A stretch of DNA of 64,000 nucleotides from an uncultured virus (IMG/VR IMGVR_UViG_3300042484_001250) (IMGVR_UViG_3300042484_001250:62001-126000), one strand, 5' to 3'. Counted from the first letter of the stretch, positions 7,488-16,558 are shown. The notes: generated from the letters alone by a model not told the origin. Made by a program: numbers and translations.

Positions 7488-9971
7488 ATGAGGAAACTAC
7501 TTTTATTATTAACGTTACTAATTCCTACAATATCCTTTTCACAAACCTTATCGGGTAAAACAAAATCAAATAAAGAAGAACTCATTGGAGTTACAATTTG
7601 GCTAACTAACAAAGATACAAATAAAAAAGTTGGAAGTACATCTGATATTGAATCCAAATATCAATTCCAAAATGTAGTAGTTGGAAACTATTCAATTAAA
7701 GCATCATTTGTTGGATATAAAGAATACACAAAAGATATTACAATTAATGGAGATACCAATTTAGATATCCTAATTGAAGAAGATACAAAGGTATTGCAAG
7801 AAGTTGTGGTAAAGCAAGTAGCAAAGAAAGAAACTGCAACTGCACTTATCAATACACTTAAAGCATCTTACATTGTAGCAGATGGTTTATCAATTGAATC
7901 AATAAAGAAAACACCAGATAGAACTGTTGGAGATGCACTTAAAAGAGTTAGTGGTGTAACAATCCAAAACGATAAGTTTGTTTTAGTTAGAGGTTTAGCT
8001 GATAGATACAACTTGGCTCTACTAAACAAATCAATCCTACCATCAACCGAACCTGATAGAAGAGCATTCTCATTTGATATTATCCCAACATCACTAATAG
8101 ATAATATCATCATCAACAAAGGAGCATCTGCAAACCTACCCGGTGATTTCGCAGGAGGTTTAGTACAAATAACAACAAAAGAAGTTAGTGGTGATTTCTT
8201 TAATATATCATTGGGGGGCAGTTGGGGTTCACTATCAACGGGACAGGATTTTAGGTTGGTAGACGCTATACAATTCCCAACATCATTTCCATCAACAAAT
8301 GGATATAGAATTGCGGGATTAGGTGATAGAAGAGCATACACTAAACTAATAGGTTCTCCGCAAACCGAAACATCAACATCTATTCCAAACTTAAATGGTA
8401 ACTTATCATTTGGTGTTGTTAAAAACAAATGGAACATCTTATTCAGTTCAACTGCAAGAAACACATACTCTGCCAACACAACTAAAAGAATTGATTACCA
8501 ATCATCAACTGAATTAGCATACAACTATAAAGACCAGAACTATTCAAATGTACAATCATTAAATGGATTATTAAATATAGTTTATTTAGGTGAGAATCGT
8601 TATAGTTGGAAAACACTTGCTAACTACCAAAACGAAAAATCATTTTTAAGTAGAGTTGGTGAGAACTACGATAATGTTCAGTATGTAGATAGTAAATCAT
8701 CCAACTCAATTCAAAAGTTAGTATTCAATACACAATTCGAAGGTAAGTTTAAAACATTTGATTTTAATTTAGGATACAATCTTATGTTAAGAGACCAGCC
8801 CGATTATAGAGTAACACCTTACATATCATCTTTATATACAACAACTCCTTACTCAATAGCATGGAGAGACACGTATCGTTTTTGGAGTGTAATGGATGAA
8901 AACTCATTCAATGGGGGATTGAACAAATCCATAGGAGATGTTCGTTTAGGAGTGGGTTACTTGAAGAAATTTAGAAACTTCAAAGCAAGAATATTCAGAT
9001 ACGAATCAACTGATTTATTAAATGAGATTACAAACAATACTGATAGATATACTGCCGATTTTGATTTGGCAAATGCATATGTGATGTATGAAAAAGAAAT
9101 TGATAAATTAAAAATAAACACAGGTTTTAGAACGGAATACAATTTATTTAAAGTTCAAACATCTGATTTTGGTGGACAACGGATTTCAGTAGATAGAGAG
9201 TATTTGGATTTACTACCATCATTAAACGCAACCTATTCTACATCGGAAAAAAAAAAGGTTAGATTATCCGTAAGTAAAACATTAGCAAGACCAGAGTTTA
9301 GAGAGGTAGCTAATTTTGCATATTATGATTTTGTTAGAAACGCACAACTATTAGGAAATCCAAACTTACAAAAAACGGATATATTCAATTCAGATATAAA
9401 GTTTGAGTTGTATCCTAAATCAGGTGAGAACATATCAATCGGTTTCTTTGGTAAAAAGTTCTTCAATCCAATTGAGCAAGTTGTAGCAGATGGTTCAGTT
9501 CCATCAAACCTTTTACTAACATATAAAAACCCAAAAGAAGCATTGGTATATGGAGTTGAGATTGAACTTCGTAAGAAATTAAATGATTGGATAGATTTAT
9601 ATTCAAACACATCGTTTATCAATTCGGAAGTACAAATCGGTTCAGTAAAAAGACAATTGCAAGGACAATCAAACTATGTAGTAAATGGTGGATTGAACTT
9701 ACATAAAAACAACAATACATTCAACATATCATACAATAGAGTTGGAGATAGAATATCAGCAGTAGGATTTCAAGGATACCCTGATATATTTGAAAACTCT
9801 CGTGATGTAGTTGATATTGTTATTCTTCGTAAAATTAAAAACGGAGAAATTAAATTAGCAGTATCGGATATATTCAGACAACCATTTGAGTATTATCAAA
9901 AACCAAATAGAACTTTAATTAAAACAAACAACGAAACAACAGTTTCACTAACACTAAATTACAACCTATGA
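7488..9971 (+). CDS. TonB-dependent outer-membrane receptor with N-terminal carboxypeptidase-regulatory-like domain
   Basis: Signal peptide (SFS|Q); ASFVGY and LQEVVV N-domain; plug ALKRVSGVT, VRGLADRYN, DIIPTSLID; barrel LARPEFRE, GNPNLQ; ends LNYNL. Confidence 0.93.
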   Translation: MRKLLLLLTLLIPTISFSQTLSGKTKSNKEELIGVTIWLTNKDTNKKVGSTSDIESKYQFQNVVVGNYSIKASFVGYKEYTKDITINGDTNLDILIEEDTKVLQEVVVKQVAKKETATALINTLKASYIVADGLSIESIKKTPDRTVGDALKRVSGVTIQNDKFVLVRGLADRYNLALLNKSILPSTEPDRRAFSFDIIPTSLIDNIIINKGASANLPGDFAGGLVQITTKEVSGDFFNISLGGSWGSLSTGQDFRLVDAIQFPTSFPSTNGYRIAGLGDRRAYTKLIGSPQTETSTSIPNLNGNLSFGVVKNKWNILFSSTARNTYSANTTKRIDYQSSTELAYNYKDQNYSNVQSLNGLLNIVYLGENRYSWKTLANYQNEKSFLSRVGENYDNVQYVDSKSSNSIQKLVFNTQFEGKFKTFDFNLGYNLMLRDQPDYRVTPYISSLYTTTPYSIAWRDTYRFWSVMDENSFNGGLNKSIGDVRLGVGYLKKFRNFKARIFRYESTDLLNEITNNTDRYTADFDLANAYVMYEKEIDKLKINTGFRTEYNLFKVQTSDFGGQRISVDREYLDLLPSLNATYSTSEKKKVRLSVSKTLARPEFREVANFAYYDFVRNAQLLGNPNLQKTDIFNSDIKFELYPKSGENISIGFFGKKFFNPIEQVVADGSVPSNLLLTYKNPKEALVYGVEIELRKKLNDWIDLYSNTSFINSEVQIGSVKRQLQGQSNYVVNGGLNLHKNNNTFNISYNRVGDRISAVGFQGYPDIFENSRDVVDIVILRKIKNGEIKLAVSDIFRQPFEYYQKPNRTLIKTNNETTVSLTLNYNL

Positions 9972-11170
9972 AAAAATTATTAGTATTGTTCGCAAGTTTA
10001 ACAATCTTTGGATGTTCTAAAGATTTGGGTGGAGAAGTTACACCAATCAATGTACCAACCTCAACAACTTTGAGTGGTAATATCACATCAACTACAACTC
10101 TTACATCGGATAAAGAGTGGGTATTAAAAGGATATGTTTATGTAACCGATGGTGCTAAAGTTATCATTCAACCTGGCACAATTATCAAATCTGATATAAG
10201 TGAGAAAGGTGCATTGTGTATTGAAAGAGGAGCACAAATTGTAGCAGAAGGTACTGCATCAAAACCAATCATATTTACATCTGGTAGACCCGCAGGAGAA
10301 AGAACTCCCGGTGATTGGGGTGGTATTGTAATATTGGGTAGAGCAAAAACCAATAGAACATCCGAACCAACTATCGAAGGTGGTATTGGTAGAGCATATG
10401 GTGGAACAAACGATTTAGATAATAGTGGTATCTTAAAATATGTTCGTATTGAATACGCTGGTATTGCGGCAATGCCAAACTCTGAAATCAACGCATTAAC
10501 ATTGGGTGGTGTTGGTAGTGGAACAATCATTGAGAATGTTCAAACTATCTACGCTAACGATGATGCATTTGAGTTCTTTGGTGGAACTGTAAATGCAAAA
10601 AACTTATACGCATATGGAACTGCGGATGATGATTTTGATTTTGATTTTGGATATAGAGGTAAAGTATCTAATTCAGTTTCTAAAAGAGACCCACAATTTG
10701 TAGATAATGGTGATGCAGGAAATGGTGTAGAGTGTGATAATGATGGTACAGGTTCATCAGCAGAACCATTCACACATCCTATATTAGATGGTGTAATTTT
10801 AATTGGACCAAATGATGCAGCATCTTTACCAAACCATAATTTAGCAATGAGATGGAGAAGAGCAACTCAATTTGAGGTTTACAATTCTACAATCATTGGA
10901 TATATGAAAGGTGGGTTCTCAATGGAAAGTAACGAAACTGCACAATTCTACAAAGATGGTGTAAGTAAATTTCAGAACAACAAAATTGGTTCATTTAATT
11001 TATTAAACTTTATCAGTAAAGCAACTACTATTATTACATCTGATGCGGTTAAAACAAAGGCGTTGAGTGAGGGTAATACTGAAATAACTTTAACTGCTAG
11101 TGAAATAGAAACTTTATCTAAACCAAATTGGACGAATGGTTGGACAAAATTCCCAACAAAAGGAAATTAA
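9968..11170 (+). CDS. TBDR-associated beta-helix lipoprotein
   Basis: Lipobox IFG|CSKD; GDWGGIVILG, SGILKYVRIEYAG, DDAFEFFGG and DDDFDFDFG motifs; ATGA-type overlap with the TBDR. Confidence 0.75.
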   Translation: MKKLLVLFASLTIFGCSKDLGGEVTPINVPTSTTLSGNITSTTTLTSDKEWVLKGYVYVTDGAKVIIQPGTIIKSDISEKGALCIERGAQIVAEGTASKPIIFTSGRPAGERTPGDWGGIVILGRAKTNRTSEPTIEGGIGRAYGGTNDLDNSGILKYVRIEYAGIAAMPNSEINALTLGGVGSGTIIENVQTIYANDDAFEFFGGTVNAKNLYAYGTADDDFDFDFGYRGKVSNSVSKRDPQFVDNGDAGNGVECDNDGTGSSAEPFTHPILDGVILIGPNDAASLPNHNLAMRWRRATQFEVYNSTIIGYMKGGFSMESNETAQFYKDGVSKFQNNKIGSFNLLNFISKATTIITSDAVKTKALSEGNTEITLTASEIETLSKPNWTNGWTKFPTKGN

Positions 11171-11239
11171 ATGATAACAATAATATAACAATAGAAAGAA
11201 TATAATTGTGATATTTATATATACAAACTAAACAAATAA

Positions 11240-12280
11240 ATGTCATCCTCAAAAACCCTGTTTATATTAAAAAGAAAACAAAACTATAATCTTTCAACCG
11301 ATTATAGTATTGGTTTAAGTACCGGCCTGTACAATTCAGCTCAATTTATGAATCAAATGCTATTAGATGGCGGGTTTGATTCTCAAATGGTAGTTGTAAA
11401 TGATAATAACGATATAGATAGAGAAGTAACTCTACACAAACCAACCCACGTTATTATTGAAGCTCTTTGGGTTGTTCCATCTAAATTCGAAGTTCTTTGC
11501 AAATTACATCCAAACGTTAAATGGGTAATTCGCTTACATAGCGAAATACCATTTTTAGCAAATGAAGGAATGGCAATGGATTGGATTGGGGAATATAGTA
11601 AATTTGATAATATTATTATTTCTTGCAACTCACCACAAACTACCAAAGATATTGAGTTTTATATGAGTACAAAATTAGGTATTAAAAAACATATAGATTT
11701 TTTACCAAATTTTTATCCACAACAATACAAAACTAAATCATTCAATAAGAAAGGTGATACGATTCACATAGGATGTTTTGGTGCAATTAGACCTCTAAAA
11801 AATCATCTTATACAAGCATTTGCAGCAATTAAGTTTGCAGATGAAATTGGTAAAAAATTACATTTCCATATCAATTGCGATAGAGTTGAACAAAAAGGAG
11901 AACCAATATTAAATAACTTAATAAGTATGTTCAATCATTTGGAACATAAAGGTCATAAGTTAGTTCATCATGAGTGGAGTGTTAGAGAGCAATTTATTCA
12001 ATTATGTTCTACGATGGATATTGGAATTCAGATATCATTTAATGAAACTTTTAATATTGTAGGAGCTGATATAGTTTCACAAGGAGTTCCTTTGGTATCT
12101 TCACCTGAAATCCCTTGGGCTAATTCATTATTTACTGCAAGACAAACTAATACTGATGATATTGTAGATTCACTATTATGTACTTACGCATATCCAAAAA
12201 TAAATGTATTATTAAATCAAAGGGGTCTTGAAAAATATACAAATAAAACAAAACATATTTGGTTTAAGTTTTTCAAATGA
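11240..12280 (+). CDS. GT-B fold (GT4-like) glycosyltransferase
   Basis: FGAIRPLKNH and ETFNIVGAD (ExFxxxxxE-like) motifs. Confidence 0.75.
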   Translation: MSSSKTLFILKRKQNYNLSTDYSIGLSTGLYNSAQFMNQMLLDGGFDSQMVVVNDNNDIDREVTLHKPTHVIIEALWVVPSKFEVLCKLHPNVKWVIRLHSEIPFLANEGMAMDWIGEYSKFDNIIISCNSPQTTKDIEFYMSTKLGIKKHIDFLPNFYPQQYKTKSFNKKGDTIHIGCFGAIRPLKNHLIQAFAAIKFADEIGKKLHFHINCDRVEQKGEPILNNLISMFNHLEHKGHKLVHHEWSVREQFIQLCSTMDIGIQISFNETFNIVGADIVSQGVPLVSSPEIPWANSLFTARQTNTDDIVDSLLCTYAYPKINVLLNQRGLEKYTNKTKHIWFKFFK

Positions 12281-12308
12281 TATTTATAGTTATAAAATAA
12301 TTATAGCT

Positions 12309-13118
12309 ATGAAACAAATATTATTATTTTTTTTGTTATTACCAACATTATTGTTAGGGCAGATATCCTCTTGGAGAAGTGGTGCAACAACCGCACCACA
12401 ACAAAGGAGTAGTGTAAATGTACCATCCAATAGAGAATACTCACAACCAAATCGTAATGATAATGTGAGTAGATGGAGAAGTACACCACAATATAGGCAA
12501 TATCCAAACACACCATATTTTCGTAATAGAGAAGTTTGGGTAGGTGGGATGTACCCTTGGTTTAATGGATTTGGATATTACAATATGTATCCATATTATT
12601 TCTATGATGATTTTGGATATAGACAAAGAGGTAGAGTTCGTATCTATAACGATGGTAAGAGGGATACTATAAGTGTTAAACCAATGCGTTGGGCATTTGG
12701 TTTACAAACATCAAAAGGTAATCAAATTGGTGGTTGGTTGGCAATAGGACATGTAAACTATGTCTTATTAGAATACCAGCAAACAAATCAAATACATTCA
12801 GCATCTTATTTCCCACTTGGACATTTAGGTATTGTTGATTTTCCATTAGTAGAAGATTGGATATCTAACAAAGTATTCTACGCAGGTATTGGTAAGAGGT
12901 ATGGTAGAAACGGAATGCACATATCTTTGGGTTTGGGAAATGAAGAAGTAAGATTTCAGGGAAAAGATAAAATAGGATACATAACATTCCCAAAATATAA
13001 TTCGGACTTTATGACAATGAAATTTGGTATAATACACGACTTCAAATATGTTACTCTTAAATTAGATTATGACCCTATACGAAGAAATGGTATTGTTGGG
13101 GCTGGTATAAATCTGTAA
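12309..13118 (+). CDS. Secreted protein with Arg/Tyr/Gly-rich N-region and small C-terminal beta-barrel
   Basis: Likely start ATG 12309 (MKQILLF...LLG|Q) 20 nt after TATTTATA; amphipathic strands, ends GAGINL. Confidence 0.6.
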   Translation: MKQILLFFLLLPTLLLGQISSWRSGATTAPQQRSSVNVPSNREYSQPNRNDNVSRWRSTPQYRQYPNTPYFRNREVWVGGMYPWFNGFGYYNMYPYYFYDDFGYRQRGRVRIYNDGKRDTISVKPMRWAFGLQTSKGNQIGGWLAIGHVNYVLLEYQQTNQIHSASYFPLGHLGIVDFPLVEDWISNKVFYAGIGKRYGRNGMHISLGLGNEEVRFQGKDKIGYITFPKYNSDFMTMKFGIIHDFKYVTLKLDYDPIRRNGIVGAGINL

Positions 13119-13148
13119 GTTACACTTTTTAATCAAAACAGCATATGA

Positions 13149-14753
13149 TTGAAAAAGTTAAAAGTTTTATTAAGTGTATTATTCATATTCTGTCTAGCTT
13201 CCAAAGCTAACGGACAAACAACATTTACACAAACATTTATAGATAAGTGTACTGGAGAAGTAAAACTCGCCACTACTACTTATGTCAACGGAAGAGCATT
13301 TGTATCTTTCTATGACCAAATGAGAGTATTTACACCGGATGAAGTTACAAGTGGTGTAATGCAAATGTGGTTACAATCCGTATATGTTGCATATTCAACG
13401 CAAGGGTGTGCTACAAACCAGGTAGTACAACAAACTATACAACAAACAGTAAACCAAGCAGTTCAGCAGGCAGCAGCTCAAGCGGCTCAACAAGCAGCTT
13501 CGGCAGCAGCAACACAGGCTGCATCTCAAGCAGCTTCGGCAGCAGCTTCGCAAGCAGCCTCATCAGCAGCAGCTTCAGCAGCACAATCAGCCGCAAGTTC
13601 AGCTGCATCATCTGCCGCTTCTTCTGCAGCAAGTTCAGCTGCAAGTTCAGCTGCATCATCTGCCGCTTCTTCTGCGGCTAGTGGAGCGGCTTCATCGGCA
13701 GCTGGTTCTGCCGTTAGTGGAGCAGCAGCTTCGGCAGCTGGTGCCGCAGTACCACCACCCCCACCAACCCCATCCGCACCTGCTCCTTCTGCTTCGGCTC
13801 CGTCTGGTGGAGGTTCAACCACACCGGCATCAAATAGTTCTTCTGGTGGAGGAAGTGGCGGTAGTAGTTCATCACCAAAAGCAGAAGCAAAAGCAGAAGC
13901 TAAAGCTGAAGCAAAAGCAGAAGCTAAATCCGAAAGTAAGAGTGAATCTAAATCAGAATCAAAATCCGAAAGTAAGAGTGAGGAAAAGAAAGAAGAAACT
14001 AAATCGGAATCTAAAAAAGAAGAGAAGAAAGAAGAATCTAAAAAGGAGGAAAAGAAAGAGGAGAAAAAAGAAGAAAAGAAAAAAGAAAAAATAGCACCAA
14101 TAAATCCATTATTATTAGCATCGGATTTAAGTGTAGTAGAATCATCTCCATCTAAATTTGATGCTATCTTAACAACCGGTGTATCTCGTTCATCAATGGC
14201 TGGGGATGAAAGTTATTCAGCAACATCTATGATATGGAGTAACTTAAAACAATTTGCAGTAAGTGGTGGTTATACTAAAATGAACTTTAAAGATGGCTCA
14301 TTGAATTCTATGAACTCATACTCCGTAACTGGAGCATATCTAAATAGAACCTATATGAGTTTGGTTGGATTGACCGTAATTATACCAAACCCAAATATTG
14401 GTGTATATGGATATAATGTTGGTTTAGTTAATTTATTCTCACCAAAAGCAGATGGTGGATATGGATATAGTGTAAGTAATTCTGGTGTTGTATTTTGGAC
14501 TAAACCATATCAAACTACAAAAAAACTAACTCTTTCACCACAAATATTTACAATGTTACCTGGTGGTAGTTGGGATACAACTAACGGAGAATTCACTTAT
14601 AGTTCTGATGTTGGGTTTTTATTGGGTACTTCAATTGATTACAAAATCAGTAAACGTTTTGGATTTAGTTTTAATTACAAAATCAATACGTCTACTGCTG
14701 CAGGGGCTCCGATATTAAGTAACTTTTTAATTGGTTCTAGATTGATGCTTTAA
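13149..14753 (+). CDS. Secreted protein with Ala/Ser- and Glu/Lys-rich stalk and C-terminal beta-barrel (paralog of 2063..2962 barrel)
   Basis: TTG start, signal ANG|Q; LSPQIF and GTSIDYKISKRFGF match ISPQLF and GTSLDWKITKRFVL of 2063..2962. Confidence 0.65.
   Translation: MKKLKVLLSVLFIFCLASKANGQTTFTQTFIDKCTGEVKLATTTYVNGRAFVSFYDQMRVFTPDEVTSGVMQMWLQSVYVAYSTQGCATNQVVQQTIQQTVNQAVQQAAAQAAQQAASAAATQAASQAASAAASQAASSAAASAAQSAASSAASSAASSAASSAASSAASSAASSAASGAASSAAGSAVSGAAASAAGAAVPPPPPTPSAPAPSASAPSGGGSTTPASNSSSGGGSGGSSSSPKAEAKAEAKAEAKAEAKSESKSESKSESKSESKSEEKKEETKSESKKEEKKEESKKEEKKEEKKEEKKKEKIAPINPLLLASDLSVVESSPSKFDAILTTGVSRSSMAGDESYSATSMIWSNLKQFAVSGGYTKMNFKDGSLNSMNSYSVTGAYLNRTYMSLVGLTVIIPNPNIGVYGYNVGLVNLFSPKADGGYGYSVSNSGVVFWTKPYQTTKKLTLSPQIFTMLPGGSWDTTNGEFTYSSDVGFLLGTSIDYKISKRFGFSFNYKINTSTAAGAPILSNFLIGSRLML
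13456..14090 (+). repeat. Coding tandem repeats (AASS/AASQ)n, (KAEA)n, (KSES)n, (KKEE)n
   Basis: 12-bp-period repeats visible in both DNA and protein. Confidence 0.9.
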
Positions 14754-14890
14754 GAAATAACTTCTTTATCTATATGTAGAGGTTCAGTATGTTGTCTTTG
14801 TTTTCTAACACCATAATGAGTTGTTGTTTTAGCAATTGTAGCTCCTAAAGAACCACAAATTAGAATTATTGTAATTAATAAATTTATCAT
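14750..14890 (-). CDS. Small membrane protein, 46 aa (not in ORF track)
   Basis: MINLLITIILICGSLGATIAKTTTHYGVRKQRQHTEPLHIDKEVIS*; minus-strand ATACTTATA promoter-like motif at 14929-14937. Confidence 0.6.
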   Translation of the reverse strand: MINLLITIILICGSLGATIAKTTTHYGVRKQRQHTEPLHIDKEVIS

Positions 14891-15072
14891 TTTTTTGTAT
14901 TATTTGTATTGTTTTATCACTTTTCTAATATAAGTATTGGAAAAATACTAAAAATATAATAAAAATAGGATTTTCCCAATAAGTTGAAAAAGGTTCTTTA
15001 TATAATACAAAAATATTATAATTTTATTGATTATTAAGTATTTAATATTTATTGGTGTAAAAAATATACATT

Positions 15073-15699
15073 ATGAACACGTTTCTTAAATTAGGTGTAA
15101 TCGTTATAGCAATCGCAGTTGGGATATTTATATTCCGTGAATGTTCTTCATCGGATACACCGGGTGAAACTGTGAATGTGGATGGTAAAAAATATGAGTT
15201 GATAAAACACAAAATTGATACTTTTGTTGTTGAGCATACTCAAATTAAATATAAAAGAGGACAGGATATCTACCACGAAACAATTGTGGAAAAAGAGAAA
15301 AGAGTAGAAGTACCAATTTATATTAAAGCTGATAGTGAAAGAATTGTCAGAGAGTATCATCAAAAAGTTTTGTATAAAGATAAGTTAGTATTAGATAATG
15401 ATTTGGGAACAATTGAATTAACCGATACTATATCTATGAATAAAATTATTGGTAGAAAGTGGAACGCTCAAATAAGGGAAAGAACCATAACTGATACCAA
15501 AATAGTAAAAGAGTTACCAAAGAATCAGATTTACGTTGGAGCACAAACTATAATTGGAAATTCGAATGTATTGGTTGGTCCACAACTTACATTGAAAACT
15601 AAAAAAGATAATATGTATGGTGCCGGAATGTTAATTGATGGTGATGGTAAAAAGTACTTAGGAGTTTCAGTTGGTTGGAAAATTAGACTTAAAAAATAA
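15073..15699 (+). CDS. Membrane-anchored protein with C-terminal amphipathic beta-strands (spanin-like candidate)
   Basis: N-terminal TM, extended DT/TI-rich region, ends YLGVSVGWKIRLKK. Confidence 0.5.
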   Translation: MNTFLKLGVIVIAIAVGIFIFRECSSSDTPGETVNVDGKKYELIKHKIDTFVVEHTQIKYKRGQDIYHETIVEKEKRVEVPIYIKADSERIVREYHQKVLYKDKLVLDNDLGTIELTDTISMNKIIGRKWNAQIRERTITDTKIVKELPKNQIYVGAQTIIGNSNVLVGPQLTLKTKKDNMYGAGMLIDGDGKKYLGVSVGWKIRLKK

Positions 15700-15700
15700 A

Positions 15701-16507
15701 ATGCTCAACGAGTGTATCATTGTATCGAAAGAAGTTGGTGATAAGTTTATCTTAGCAAAGAATAGAGATAGAGCTTACAAACCAAAATTAGAAATTATCC
15801 ACACTATCATAAATGGTGTGGAAGTTGCATACATTCACGATATGATTACCGATTGGAGTGAAGGTATGAATGAGTTTGGAATTGGTATTGTGAATTCAGC
15901 TCTAATGGTGGGTCACGATGAGGCAGAAGCAAAGTTAGTAAAGAAGAGTGGTAAACCATCCAAAGATGGGAAAAAGATTAGAACTGCACTTTCACAAAAA
16001 ACTTTAAGAGAAGCAATCAAAGCAGCAGTATTAACCGATGGTGGTGTTAATGGACATACATTTGTTTCATCCCCAAGGTATATGGTTAGTATTGAGAAAA
16101 CATCAAAACATAAACCTAATATTATTTTACATAATATGGAAAATCCAGTTGTTCGTACAAATCACGGACATATGTTTACTAATGCTGGATACACACATGG
16201 AGAAAAATACTTATCATCTAAAATGAGAAAAATATCGGCTGAAAAATCAGTTGATAAAGTTGAAGATTGGAAAGAGATTGCAAATGCAATGAGAAAAGAA
16301 TTCTTTCCAAAACAATCTCAACTTAATATGGCAAGAAAAGCCAAAGAGATGTTCACATCATCTCAAACTGTACTTAACCTTACTGATAGAATATTACAAG
16401 TAGAATATTTTACTGATAACGTTGAGGAATTTGTTGGTATAACTAATAAGTTACCAAAGGACTACAAAGCTAAAATTAGTATTGTGGTTAAACCAATTCA
16501 ATCCTAA
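15701..16507 (+). CDS. Ntn-hydrolase (C45/NRDE-like cysteine nucleophile)
   Basis: Start ATG 15701: MLNE-CIIV; AKNRDR, SEGMNEFGIGIVNSAL and VRTNH motifs. Confidence 0.75.
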   Translation: MLNECIIVSKEVGDKFILAKNRDRAYKPKLEIIHTIINGVEVAYIHDMITDWSEGMNEFGIGIVNSALMVGHDEAEAKLVKKSGKPSKDGKKIRTALSQKTLREAIKAAVLTDGGVNGHTFVSSPRYMVSIEKTSKHKPNIILHNMENPVVRTNHGHMFTNAGYTHGEKYLSSKMRKISAEKSVDKVEDWKEIANAMRKEFFPKQSQLNMARKAKEMFTSSQTVLNLTDRILQVEYFTDNVEEFVGITNKLPKDYKAKISIVVKPIQS

Positions 16508-16558
16508 CTTTTTATAGTTTAGATATTTATATACAAACAATATATAAATAGAATTACT

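Noticed and set aside
7868..10773. Long minus-strand ORFs within the TBDR and lipoprotein (and similar ones across the window)
   Set aside because: Antisense shadows of well-supported + strand genes, with no motifs or promoters
12228..12308. Longer starts given in the ORF track (12228, 15671, 52404)
   Set aside because: These non-ATG extensions overlap upstream genes; ATGs at 12309, 15701 and 52413 fit the signal peptide, catalytic Cys and ATGA coupling better
13456..14090. Tandem repeats as a possible CRISPR array or origin
   Set aside because: In-frame 12-bp coding repeats with no unique spacers
13367..14094. Overlapping ORFs 13367..13681, 13435..13659, 13526..13822 and 13681..14094
   Set aside because: Shadow frames of the stop-poor repeat region inside 13149..14753
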